This document shows, piece by piece, positions 51,701-63,900 of a DNA stretch of 64,000 nt. Position 1 is the first letter of the stretch. Each line of letters begins with the position of its first letter. This stretch comes from Dicyema japonicum. Its lineage: Eukaryota > Animalia > Dicyemida. The notes under the pieces were generated by a model, which saw nothing but the letters and a program-made list of their open reading frames with translations, searched no databases and was not told the DNA's origin. The position numbers and the translations under genes were made by a program. The stretch lies in the NCBI GenBank assembly GCA_011109175.1, contig RDEW01000003.1:1161071-1225070 (forward strand). The letters run 5' to 3'.

Positions 51701-53292
51701 TGCATTTCCTCAATTTTCATCATATAACAAAAAACATTTGGTTTTTTTTTAATTTAAATTCTTTTATTTAAAAATTTATTACTAAAAATAAAAATTTACA
51801 AATAATTTGGTTTTTTATAATTTAATTTTCATTTGAAACGTCTGGCATGTTTGTTCGCAACATGTCAAAGTTTGTGTAACCGTGGACTCTAGTGTTACTA
51901 TGGCATGATGACTCTTCCAGAAGCTTTGTTTTCGATGAAGAGTTCACTTGCAATTTCAAACCAGTTTGTGTCAGTGGCATTTGGTTATTGTAAGAACTTC
52001 CAATTGTGTGAATAAATGAGAAATAATTAACAAAAAGGGATGGGACAAAAATTAGCCGACAGTTAATTCCTATAGGAGGAAGAAATATAATCTAGTCCAG
52101 ACAGAAGAGGCATAGTTCTCTGCCGTTGACGAAAGCCCCCAGTTACTGAGTATAAGTTGATTTTACTTACTTTTAGAGCTGTAAAAATCCGAAACCTTCA
52201 CACAAAAAAACTATTAAAAATATTGAGTAGAGGTAAATTGAAGAAATCAAAAATTTTAATCAAAGATATGTGTGAAGAGATCGTAAACCTGCAGTGGGTA
52301 TGTGGATTCGAATCCCATACTGGAGTCAGTTGGCCTGAATTGGGTAAGCCAATAGTATGTGACACCACGTGTCAACCCCATGTCTTCAAGGAATTTAGTA
52401 CAGGCACTATCTGCTGTGGCTATCAAGACGTTGCATCAAAGGACAGACGCTCCTACATATGTATTTGGTTCTGTGCAGAACTCGTAGTTATCTTCTGGTC
52501 GTCAAGAAGACTCTTGATTCTATACGACAAAAATTATTAGAATTTACAACGGCCGGTTGGCTGGACAGATTGGTAAAAAGAATTGGAGATTGTCGTAGAT
52601 TGGCCACAAAATGAAAAAGGCTACCAATAATTTTTAAAAGTAATATTTGTAGGATTTAATATATATTTAAAAAATATTTTTTTATTAAAATAAAAAACGA
52701 TTAACCGATGGTTGTTCAGTAGCCACCCTGACTACGTGGATATTCCCTGTCAGCATCCAAAGCATCGTAGATACGTGGAACCCTAAGTTGAAATGTACAG
52801 CAGAGAGATTTGAACGATCAAATATTTCTCCGGCAAATATGACATTGGGTCATCCCAAAAAAGTAATAGTACACCGATTGAACAATCATTCCTAAATATT
52901 TTGCTAAATAAAATTTTCGTTATCTTGGACCAATCCCTTGGATTAATTACCACGACCGCCTAAACTGAAGAGTAACTATTTCTCTGCGGAAAAGTGATAA
53001 TAAAAAATACTAGAGACACTACAAAGTCAGTCAATGTTGAATAATATTTTTTGAGTACCTTTATAATTGTCAATTTGATTCTTCTTATTTGTGGAGATAA
53101 ATAAATGCAGTACTATTTTAAAAACTCAAAGAATCACAAATATCACTCATCAACTGTTTTCGCATCCTTGGGGAAGTCAAACCGGATGATAACGGCGTGA
53201 ATTTCAGTCAGCATAGATCGCCTATACGGTAAATTGGAAGTAAGGAAATGGAAGACGCGCTAAAATACCATAGATAAGAGTAATGCTAGTGA

Positions 53293-53868
53293 TTAGTGAG
53301 TCAAGTTAATCTGATAGGCGCAATCATCCGCTGTTTCCACCGATTCAGCTACAACTAATAAATCATTCACTCGATATAACCATCGACTTCACATAAAAAT
53401 CCCTTCTTGCGATCACAACTTAAATCATTCCATTTCCCTTTACTAGTCCTCATAACAACACAGTCTTCTTCCCCGAGATTGTTCGGCTCTCTCTTATCCC
53501 AATTAAAGTATTTCTACGTTGTACATTGATTTACCTGTTCTCTCCCCTTGGAATCCAAGAATTTTCCTTCTTCTCCGATATCGTTGGGGGCAAGCCAAAT
53601 ATCCTGCTTATTCGGCTTATAAATTGTCTCTACAAAGTCTGTACTGCAAAGTATACCGAAAATATATTTATTAGTTTCCGCATTGTGAACATCGGCTATG
53701 TCTCCGCCAATTTTTTTACAGAACTTTTTGGCATTCTCGTAATTTTGCTGATCTTTGATGTATGTATAGCATTTCCCCTTAAAACAGTCTAAATTTCACC
53801 TCAAAACAACTTTTTGACGAAATTACTGTCGAAGCTAGTAAAACCGACAATGCTACAAGGTTGAACAT
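53293..53868 (-). CDS. Secreted C-type lectin (single CTLD, EPN/WND motifs)
   Basis: Introns of 22, 21 and 26 nt give a 507-nt frame: MFNLVALSVLLASTVISS, CFKGKCY, AKKFC, IW...ND...EGKF, YFNW..REPNN..EDC...WNDLSC....FLCE. A probable fourth, in-frame 27-nt intron lies at 53630-53656. Confidence 0.9.
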
Positions 53869-54059
53869 CAATCATGTTTTCACGCCCCCTTATATATGCG
53901 AACAACACAGCACGTGTCATTCTAGACCACAACAGTCTCGAATTATATTATAAATAATTAAAAAATACAAAAGCAATAATATTTTATTTATTAATTTTGA
54001 AAATTCCAGCAGCTGTCGTTAATTGTTATACATGCATTAATTATTATTAGCTGCCTTCT

Positions 54060-54385
54060 GGAGGTCACTCGTCTCTCCTGGGGCGATGAAGACCGTTCAT
54101 TTGCTAATAGTCGAAACTTGGCATGGGACACTGTGTTCTAACACAATTCGTCAGATCGGCTCGATGATCCAAAGGGTCACAGTGGATCTATGTGAGACTG
54201 GGTACATTCGAGAGCGTATCTCAATAGCACATAGCCCCGGTGGAATGAATAGCTGGATCCTTTTGAATCCCGGCCAGGCATCTCTCTTCTCCAGAGTATT
54301 ATTGATCTATTGACACAATCAGAGGGGAGAGAAATTTTCAACCAATTAGCCACATAGCACCATATGGCTCCACGTGGCTTATCTG
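54060..54385. mobile_element. CRE-like 3' fragment (+, 54060-54240) abutting a family B element (-, 54240-54385)
   Basis: CGTCAGATCGGCTCGATGATCCAA...GAGAGCGTATCTC matches 24036-24110. The minus strand begins GCCACGTGGAGCCATATGGTGCTATGTGGC. Confidence 0.62.
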
Positions 54386-54714
54386 TTGTACGGAATGTCT
54401 ACTTAGCTTAACATGAGCTAAAGTTATTACTACCTAACTGTCTGATATTTCTTCTGTCTATCTTTCTCGGAAATCTTGGGGTTCTAAATGAGATGAAAGT
54501 CCTTGTCTCCTTACTTATTGTAATCTTGGATGAAGTGATGGATTCTGAAAAGATCTTAAATTTCTCCATCAACTTTAACGCCAAATATCCTTAATATTGA
54601 GTGAAACGGTAAGAAAGACATACATTCACGAGTTTACAGCTAAAAACAATCGATTTTCTATCAAAGTGTCAATCAATATTGAATAATATTTTCTCTTATT
54701 TATCCTCAGTGTAA

Positions 54715-54950
54715 CGGGTGTTGGACAAGAGGTCTCTAGCCCATAGTTTGAATTCCGTTGCTGTACATGATGGTTCCGCACATCTACGATGCTTTGGCTT
54801 GACGAGTGACGCTGTCGTCAGTGAACATTCACTGCGTAATCAGATCGTCTATAATGAACATACACCCAACAAAATGAAAAAAGACTTAAATAAAGTGTGT
54901 CCTGCCTGAGCGGAGCTATAGTTAATATGACTCTGCGTATAAGTGCAGTT
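54715..54950 (+). mobile_element. SINE family A copy with an internal deletion
   Basis: GGTTCCGCACATCTACGATGC...GACGAGTGACGCTGTCGTCAGTGAA...TTAAATAAAGTGTGTCCTGCCTGAGCGGAGCTATA. Confidence 0.75.
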
Positions 54951-55649
54951 TTTTATCCTCCTATAAATACGATCTTTTATAAGATTTCTTAGTCGATTCC
55001 GGTTATCGGCTTAACAAAATGTTGAAATCCGAATAAGGAAGATTGATGGTATTTCTATGAATCAATAATGTCTTTCGATCGACAGCTTATAAATCTCATT
55101 TTAAAGAATCAAAGAACCCAAAAGGTAAATTTTTTATATTTTAGCTAAATTATAAAATGGATCAACGAGAAGTGTTCTGGCTTAGACAAAAGATTGGAAT
55201 AGCCATACTCCGAGGGAACTTGTTCGCAATCCACGCAGCAGGCTTCCTCAACTGACATTTGTTTAATTGTTAAAAAAAATTTTTTGTTTAAAAAAAAGGT
55301 AAATTATAAAATTTCGATATTCTGATCATGTTAATAGTAGGTTGGGAATCGATGTAGTTGACGTTCTATGCTAGTGGAACTAATCTTCCCATATACGTCT
55401 GATGTTCCTTATACGTCATCACTCGACTCACTAAGTTCATGCATAACATAACTTTTTTTTATTAAACCAAGAAATAGCGATAGTTATGGTGGATTACGTT
55501 ATTAAAAATCTTGTTGCAAGGCCTGGATTCTTTCGCAGTTTTACCTCCCTTCACCCCCGCCGTTAGCTTCACAGTATTTTTTGAAAGAATGTGTCATCCA
55601 CTTTGGTCCTCAGGAAAAAACGAAAGATAATCGATTTTCTTGATAAAAA

Positions 55650-55716
55650 TCCGCGTTGGTGGTAAAGATTTCGGATTTTCATTTCGAAGACCCGGGTTCG
55701 ATGTCCGGACGCAGAA
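55650..55716 (+). pseudogene. tRNA-Glu (TTC) degenerate copy, D-arm deletion
   Basis: TCGGA-TTTTCAT-TTCGA anticodon arm, CCGGG-TTCGATG-TCCGG T arm, lacks CTAAT present in the neighbour, followed by a T run. Confidence 0.75.
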
Positions 55717-56071
55717 TTTTTTGGGTCCGGATTGCTTTTTCGAGATCCTCTGTTACCTATTTGGAGAAAGTCTCAATATGGAATATGTACCTTAAGTTTG
55801 GTAGGATTCCGTTATTCGGGTGATCCCAAAACCAGGAAATTCGAGGACGGATCAGACATCTCGAAAAGTCCGGTAGTTTCGGAGGGAACGCGGATTTTTG
55901 GAGGAAATTCTCTGGTGGTGTAAATCCCGTGTTTTAAGTCTCTCAATATAAAAGTCAAAAGCCATGAGAATTTCACATTATAGAAAGTTTTTTTTAATTT
56001 CCTGCAACAAACGATCAGAGGGTTTGAAGGTAGTGTAGAAAATGATAAGTGAAGAACATCACTTTAAAAAA

Positions 56072-56143
56072 TCTGAGTTAGTCTAATGGTAAAGATTTCG
56101 GGTTTTCATTTCCAAGACCGAGTTCGATTCCCGGACGTGGAAT
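56072..56143 (+). pseudogene. tRNA-Glu (TTC) degenerate copy, stem mismatches
   Basis: Full 72-nt length with intact A and B boxes, but mismatches in the acceptor, anticodon and T stems. Followed by a T run. Confidence 0.72.
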
Positions 56144-56192
56144 TTTTTTAACTAGAAATTTATTTAAGCCTATCATGATCATTGGTCTATTA

Positions 56193-57176
56193 CAGAGGTT
56201 GTTAAACGGTGTGCCGCCTGCCAAATACAAATTTGAATAAATTTATATACATTTTTTGACCTAATTAATTTAAAAAGATAAACAAATTAAAATAATTACT
56301 AAAATTAAAATAATTATTTTTTTATATTAAATGACATTTACATTGGTTAACCATTATTTATTAATTTTTTAATAACGTGCGCATCAACGTGCTTAAACAA
56401 CTAAAACCTCACACTATTGGCGAAAACTTGATAATCCCTGTTTGTTTTATTATTGCTCGGACTATGTTTGGTCATAAATATGAACAAAAAATAATGAAGA
56501 TACCTTTGTCACATAACACTGTTTCTCGTCGGATTTGTGCTTTGTCGGAGAATATTGAAAATAATGTCTCATTTTCTATTAAAGAAACTCGGTTTTCATT
56601 ACAACTTGATTTTCCAGACTTAAAAATTGAAAAATTCGATTAGGTTATTATTTTTTAATATTTTTTCGATACGAAATCCTTTTCTTGTGTCAGAATCAAA
56701 ACACTTATCTGTTAAAGAAAATGAAGAACTTATTGCACTGTTTAATGATCGATCCTTAAAATTAATGATGACGGAGTTAAACATTGGAGAATTCTGGATA
56801 TATATTCGAAACATATATCCCAGTTTATCAAAACAAACACTGACCATAATTTTACAGTTTTCTACGACCTATTTATGCGAAACAGGTTTTTCTACGCTGC
56901 ATAATATGAAATATAACAAACGTGAAAGTTTGAGAAACATTGATGCTGAAATGCGGGTGGCTTTGTCAACCATTCGACCTGATATTGATGATATATGCAA
57001 AAACAATAATAATTAAGATTTCATTTTTTTATTAATAAAAATTTGGGCATTAAATTACCAATTTTAGTACTTAGTTTTACACATCTTAAAAATTTAATTT
57101 TTTATTTTTTAATGTGTGCCGTGGATTCTTTTTTTACGATTAGTGTGCCGCGAGAATTATTTTTTGAAAAGCTCTG
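56193..57176 (+). mobile_element. Internally deleted hAT Buster-family transposon (ZBED8/SCAND3-like)
   Basis: Perfect 8-bp TSD GTCTATTA (56185-56192, 57177-57184) with central TA, termini CAGAG...CTCTG. KPHTIGENLI...PLSHNTVSRRI...FSLQLD fused to FSTTYLCETGFS...DAEMRVALSTIRPDI. Confidence 0.92.
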
Positions 57177-58738
57177 GTCTATTACGTTATGGAATCACGT
57201 GAATGGTATAATGGAGGAGACAACTATTAGAAATAACCAAGTTCCGTGGTTCGATGTCATTAAATGAATATTTCTCTTATAAAGGTACCAATGACGCTTG
57301 GAAATTGGATAATAATATGATTCCAGTCGTCTGGCGTTCTTGGCCCGAGCACGTCTGAGTTCATCAACTTAATCGGGCGGCTTGCAAGATTGCGAAAAAA
57401 GCGTCTAGAATGACACGGTGGCTCTTCGATAACATTGGGCTCAATCATTATTCTTGTTCGTTATAATTCCAACCACAGACACTTTTCCTGATTGTAGCTC
57501 TCGTCATTAAGGAGAAATAAGCGTCCAAGGATAGATACAATGTTGGTGACGTATGCCGACAACCTTGGGACCACAAAACGAGGAGAAAAACACTTAAGAG
57601 GATCTTTTTGCATCATCACCATTAAAAAAAGTAAACCGAAATCAATCAACATCGGCAGACATGCATAGCCTTAGCATCTATAAATGAAAGCGGTGTGACT
57701 CAAAGCTCTTCTCTGCGTATTGTTCGAAAAACTCTTGGATAAGGAGTTACCGCAAATAGAAATCTGTCTACGGTTTTGACTCAATGTTTGTATGATCCTC
57801 AAGGGCAGATGGAGAAGATGGTGACATTAAAAGACTTCAGGTACTTTCCTGTCGACGAAGTGCCGGAAGGAGCAGGAGGTAGAGGGTCATGAATGAAGTA
57901 ACTATGGGAGGGCTCGAGACCGCTGGATATCCTATACAGCTGGAATCGATCGAGGCCACGAACAAAATACCATACGGAACGATTCTTGACTGTCTTTTGA
58001 GTTAAGTGGGTTCAATAACGTCTTTGGGAATTGAAGAAGGCAAAAAGGAGAATGTAAATTCTTCGACGAACTAGGTTGCGGTATGAGAATTGAACTGACA
58101 TTTTAGTTAATATAGTTAAATGCGACGCAGGGGATATGACTAACCAATATGCAACCTGGTCGAATCAGTTTTTAGTCCTCGCATATTAGAAGAACGCAGA
58201 TGATAGGTTGCATGGATCATGGGACTAACTCATTTAGTGCAATAGAGCTTCGTCATCAGATCAGCTGTTATACCAAATAACAGATTGGGTAACCAAGTGC
58301 TAATAATTTATATGGTAAGCGTCCAAACGGAAGACTTTCCTATTTGCCAATGGCCGAAACCTGGTTTGGGACACTACGTGTGTTGACAATTAACTACGCG
58401 AGCCTGGATAGCTTCGATGGTGTATCACGATAGCTATTGTCAAAGGAAACGGTCTTGTTATGATCAACAACATAGACAGGAAGCTATAATTCTATCTGTA
58501 CTAGTCTCTTCGACCCTCTCCTGTTCGATGCCAGGCTCCGCAGACTACTGAGGTTTTCACCGTCCCTTATTGTTATGTTCACTGGTATCAGGTCACCATT
58601 CAGAATTAAAATTAATTTTGTTTTTATAAATAAAAATATTATTCTAAACTAAAAAAAAATATTTTTAAATTAAATCAAATAAATAATTATTTCCTAGAAA
58701 CACTAAATTAAGTGAAAATTGTCCTTTCCTTATTTGAA

Positions 58739-59895
58739 ATGGAGGAGATGAGAAACGATACGCTTATCGTGGAGAACTTCATTTTTGACGATCGCGTAAC
58801 GCCACGTGAGATGGTACAGACCCGGCTAATCACTAGAGAAAAATAACAGGAATATATAATTTCAATGCAATCAGAAACTTAAAATTGAACGTCGACTGCT
58901 CTGAAATAAATCTCAGCTGCTTTGAAGATATGTTCCCCAACCTTGAAGTCTTCGACGTCTCCGGCAGTGTTGTGCCTTCTTTGAGGTAAAATTCATATTT
59001 GATGCATCAGACAGATTGGACTCGATTTTGAGCCTCTCACGACCCTCATTCTTGCAAATTGCCAGCTTCGGGACTTACATGGACTGATCGCCGTCCAGAA
59101 TTTACACGTGCTTGAAGCCCCGAACAATTTTATCGTGGATACTTCACCAATCACTTTTCTGGAGAAAGTGAAAGTCGTAAACCTGGAAAAGCTCGAAAAT
59201 TAATTAACGTTTAGCAACCTAATAACTTCGATTGTGCACGTGGAGTATTTGAAAATGTGCCGAAATTTGAAAACCCTAAAATTATCTGGGAATCCAGTTT
59301 ACTCGGAAATACAAGAATTGGATAATAAGCAAAATTCTGCCACCAAATTAACGTTTTTAAGTAAATCTGGTAAATAAAAGTCAAAATTTAGAATTTCCAG
59401 AAGAACCGACAACTTCAAAGATACGGACCTCTTCAAGGAATTTATTAAAAGCTGAGAACGACAATATGACATACTTCAACATGAATGACGACCAAAACAA
59501 AACTTGCACCACTAGGGAAAGGTTCGAAATTCAAAATTATTTATTTTTTAATTAATTTAAATATTGACATTAATTTATTATATTATAGTACAAATATTCA
59601 AAAATATGATTCTCAGTCTTCTCTATCAGATGAGAGCTCTGTAGATATTTCAATCAAACAAATTTCTACTAATAAAGGCCATATTGGTAACAGACCACGT
59701 TTGCTTAGCAGAAGAAAAATTTGTTCTCCAAATTATTCAGTAAAGAATGCAAGAAATTCAACGCAAGAAACAAATTCTTCAATCTCGTATTATTTTTGAC
59801 TTAATTTTAGTGAAGATCTTGCCGACTCGGCGATTTTGCCTTCTATCAGTAATGTCGGGCTTCCGAGAATTAACAAGAAAAAAGCTGGTAAATAG
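58739..59895 (+). CDS. LRRC56: Leucine-rich repeat protein LRRC56-like (outer dynein arm transport factor), 7 exons, 320 aa
   Basis: Introns of 23, 25, 24 (GC-AG), 31, 67 and 24 nt give 963 nt. FPNLEVFDVSGSVVPSLRQIG...LTTLILANCQLRDLHGL...PNNFIVDTSPI...NLENNLI...YLKMCRNLKTLKLSGNPV is colinear with the LRRC56 LRR block as I recall it. Confidence 0.8.
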
Positions 59896-60206
59896 TGAGT
59901 TTATATGTACGTAGTATGCAATAATAAATTATGACTAATTTTATGACTTTATAAAATAATATTTTAAATTTTTGTCTAAATTCCTATGAAATCGTAAAAT
60001 ATTGATATTTAAAAAATAGTTACTAAAAATTAATTTTTATTAGCCAAATAAATCATAACGGGGAAATCACGTGTGTTCGCTGTTAAGATCCCTCTAAGAG
60101 AGATCAACAACAATGATGTATATTTTGTGTGTATCATCATGGATCCCCTTTGAAACTTAGCGTCGAGAGGAAAGAGTTCCTTTATCGGCATGGTCCCCTT
60201 TGAAAC

Positions 60207-60726
60207 NNNNNNNNNNNNNNNNNNNNNNNNNNNNNNNNNNNNNNNNNNNNNNNNNNNNNNNNNNNNNNNNNNNNNNNNNNNNNNNNNNNNNNNNNNNNNN
60301 NNNNNNNNNNNNNNNNNNNNNNNNNNNNNNNNNNNNNNNNNNNNNNNNNNNNNNNNNNNNNNNNNNNNNNNNNNNNNNNNNNNNNNNNNNNNNNNNNNNN
60401 NNNNNNNNNNNNNNNNNNNNNNNNNNNNNNNNNNNNNNNNNNNNNNNNNNNNNNNNNNNNNNNNNNNNNNNNNNNNNNNNNNNNNNNNNNNNNNNNNNNN
60501 NNNNNNNNNNNNNNNNNNNNNNNNNNNNNNNNNNNNNNNNNNNNNNNNNNNNNNNNNNNNNNNNNNNNNNNNNNNNNNNNNNNNNNNNNNNNNNNNNNNN
60601 NNNNNNNNNNNNNNNNNNNNNNNNNNNNNNNNNNNNNNNNNNNNNNNNNNNNNNNNNNNNNNNNNNNNNNNNNNNNNNNNNNNNNNNNNNNNNNNNNNNN
60701 NNNNNNNNNNNNNNNNNNNNNNNNNN
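60207..60726. other. Assembly gap (520 N)
   Basis: Run of N. Confidence 0.99.
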
Positions 60727-61827
60727 CCTCCAATCCAGATTAAAACTGGACACACAAATGTTATGTACTTTTGCTAAATCGTAAAAAACTGCAATATACA
60801 TTTTTGACTTCAATAAAGTACAAATCAGTGAGTAAGGAAGGAACCAATGCAATGACTACAGTCGAACTCCACGTAGAAACTGTATGGCAAACGATGATAC
60901 TAAGCAGGGGTTTTGAGGTGAGCGCTGCTTTTATTGGAAAATTCTAATAATCCGGACATTTTACTCGAATGTATGAGATCAACTTTCTTTCTACATTTTG
61001 AGTGATATATTGCTTCTCCTCTATGCCTGTCCACTTATTTTTCATCGGATCGTCCGTGTAAAAGAAATAAAATGAAATAACCCACAGCATTCCTAACCCG
61101 CCTTGGTAATTATTCACACAAAACCAAACAAATAGAATGACACAGGCCACAAGCTCGGGTCTGCCGCTAAAGCTGATGGGATGCTCATAGCTAGCATACT
61201 CCCAATATACGATCCTTGGAACATAACAGAGATATTAGAAACCCGGAAAACTCAATCCTATGGCAGAAGACCGACAGTTTTCGGGATACCAGTTTGCCAT
61301 AACAACGAGGGAACATGGTGGATAGATTCCCTTATAGGTTTGAATAAGCTTAAACCTGGAAGAGTCCGACCATTATTCTCATTCCAACAGAAGCCCACCC
61401 AGAATGCCGAATTGCCAGAGGAGTGACGAGCGTGAACAGTGAAGAAAAAAATAGTGATATGGAGAGGATTATTTTTAATCCATATCTTTCCCCCAATGCT
61501 CCCCCAGGTACTTGTAACAAAAAATATCCGGCGTAAAACGACATGAGAGCAGTTGACTTTTCCAACTGCGACCAAGTAAATTTCTAATTTTTTATTTGGA
61601 AGATATACATTTTTATCTGGGCCATTAATGCTCACAACTTCAGGGACGACGACATTAAAGTTAGTCCTCTGCATGTAGAGTACCCCCCAGCTTGTAAATA
61701 TGTGCATCGCAATAATTATCCGCCCGACTATGGAAACTCCATCAAAAGTCGTTATTCTCTTCAAAATTGACACTTTTTTATAAAAATTAAATGCACCTCT
61801 TTTATCCCCTTCTGATTCTTTAGACAT
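60727..61827 (-). CDS. SLC17-family (sialin/anion:cation symporter, MFS) transporter, 5' part, 3' exons in the gap
   Basis: Introns of 25, 25, 28, 23, 21 and 26 nt: MQRTNFNV, FTWSQLEKSTALMSFYAGYFLLQVPGG, MRIMVGLFQGIYPP..NWYP..RS, GSYIG, WPVSFYLFGGLG.LW, EKQYI, FPIKAALTSKP. Confidence 0.9.
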
Positions 61828-61929
61828 TGTAGTTTTAACTTTACGTTATATTTATATTATTAATTGTTTTAATGTTCAGGAAATAAAAATTAATGTCAAA
61901 TGTTATTAAAAAATGATAAAAGTTAGGAA

Positions 61930-62050
61930 GCGTCAATGGCCGTGCTGTGTCCTCCCACGAGAGCTTTACGCTCTCGAAACCATCCAGTCTCACGTGGATC
62001 CTTGGTGATCCTTGGATCATTGAGCCGATCCTACGGACTAGATCGTCATT
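61930..62050 (-). mobile_element. CRE-like 3' fragment
   Basis: Reverse complement matches AGATCGGCTC..ATGAT..CCAAGGATCC.CG.GAGACTGG..GGTT of 24040-24095. Confidence 0.65.
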
Positions 62051-62151
62051 AATAGAAATTAATCAACATTAAAAAAAAAAATTAATTCATAAATTTTTCG
62101 AATTTGTCGCAAGCCTCAAAAAACAATTAATACATTTTGAAAAATTAAATT

Positions 62152-62410
62152 AATGGCCACGTGGCGCCTTACAGTGCTATGCGGCAAATTGACTAAAAAT
62201 ATCTTCCTTCCCTTTGATGGCGCCATTGGATCCACTATACTAAAGAGACGCCAATGCCTGTCCGGCATTCAAAGGGACCCATCACTTCGTTCCACCTTGA
62301 GACAAGTTCTGGGATCGACCTCAGCTCTCCAGACAGAATCTCTGAATTACGTTTCTTGAGTGAACATTTTTCAGGAACGCGTCAGGATCAAGGAATTAGT
62401 TAGTTTGGTT
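62152..62410 (+). mobile_element. Short LINE-derived element (family B), both ends present
   Basis: GGCCACGTGGCGCC...GTGCTATGCGGC...GGATCCAC...GGAACGCGTCAGGATCAAGGAATTAGTTAGTTTGG. Confidence 0.72.
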
Positions 62411-62531
62411 TTACCCTTAGTTTTTTTGAAACAATTTTATTAAATCGCCTTAAAAAACTTACCCACCTATCATGGAAGTAAAACTCAGGATCTCTGCGCT
62501 AAAGAAGAATCGAATTATTGTGGAGGTTTGA

Positions 62532-62898
62532 TGCAGGAATACAGTTTAAAGGATCTAATACAGTCCGCCCACCGATTGGGGCAGACCTAGGGGGTAAGCC
62601 ATCATCAAATATTGAGTGAATAAAATAAAATCGAATAAAAATCATGAAGAAATTAGGGCATCATAAATCACAAGGCATCAAATTATAAAAAATAACGATT
62701 AATCCCCTCGCTGTNTGCAGGAATACAGTTTAAAGGATCTAATACAGTCCGCCCACCGATTGGGGCAGACCTAGAGGGCAAGCCACCATCAAATATTGAG
62801 TGAATAAAATAAAATCGAATAAAAATCATGGAGATTTTAGGGCATCATAAATCACAGGGCATCAAATTATAAAAAATAACGATTAATCCCCTCACTGT
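62532..62898. repeat. 183-bp tandem duplication around a single N (probable scaffold-join artefact)
   Basis: 62532-62714 and 62716-62898 differ by only a handful of substitutions. N at 62715. Confidence 0.85.
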
Positions 62899-63239
62899 GG
62901 AGACTTTGTGCCGCATTACGACCGTTTTTGTTTCGCCTAAAAACTTCATCGCATTTGATTTTTCTTCTGATAGCTTTAAACCTTAGAGACCGCACCAGTT
63001 TCTTATCTCTTCCATGTATACATTTAGTCTCCTCTCCGAGGTCATACGTAGAACATTAGTACCTCATCTGGATTTTTCAGATATGTAGACCGGCAATTGG
63101 GCATCAGCAAGTTAAACAGCATAGGACTCAAAATAGATCCTTGCTGGAATCCTTTCCTAATACATTAGAAAGGTCAGCTCCGTAATCTAATATTAGAGTT
63201 TCTTCATTTTGTTATATTTTTTTAATGGAAAACTATTTG

Positions 63240-63900
63240 TTTACAAAAAAGATATAAATAGGTTGAAGGGTCCTACGGCTCCCGACGTTTCTATAGTCAC
63301 GGGTGTGAATCGGTGTTGGTCTCCAACAGCCGAGTACTTCTGGATTTTGGCCAATTCTGCTGCGTTGGCCGCAGATCCAGGTTTCTGATCAGAAGTGGAG
63401 AAGATGTCCACACAGAATACATCCCAGACCAATGATTTTCCGTGTGAATATGGGAAAAGCGTCATTCTATCTGGCCTCTCGCCATCTCCACGATCCAATC
63501 CAACAGGTTCCAGTTGAGCTAGGAAGCCTCCTGCCTAAAAGGATCGCAGAATAAAATTATTCAATGCTGTGCGACGAGGTAAGAGATCTGCACTCCTTTT
63601 GTATGACAATGGATGTAAACCTTTGTAGTCAGCTGTTCCTCCATAACGGCATCTGTGTTTCTGATAGATGTCAAGTCCTAATCGTTCTGCTATTTAGATT
63701 CTCACACAATCGTCGTCCATTAGAGTTCCGAAAGAAACACACCACTCCCATGTTGTACACCAGATAGCTAGCAGGCATGCCGGTGTTGGTTCGACTCTTG
63801 TTTTAGGCTATCAGCGATAGCATTGCAGGAAGCTGCGTCCCATTTGTTCTGATTCAAGACATCATCTGGGATTAGAAATCCTGCTTACTTCCACTGCAAG
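63240..63900 (-). mobile_element. CRE-like 3' fragments
   Basis: ERPDRMTLFPYSHGKSLVWDVFCVD...RFTPVTIETSGAVG, with a degenerate RLG...CRC...HPLS-like block upstream at 63560-63900. Confidence 0.72.

Noticed and set aside
60030-60852. Long ORFs in the supplied track containing X runs
   Set aside because: Artefacts of translating through the N gap.
62152-62235. HDV-like ribozyme in family B (GTGGCGCC pairing with GGCGCCAT)
   Set aside because: The pairing is not preserved in the other family B copies, so there is no covariation support.
62532-62898. Biological tandem duplication
   Set aside because: The two units meet exactly at a single N, typical of unmerged overlapping contig ends or haplotypes.
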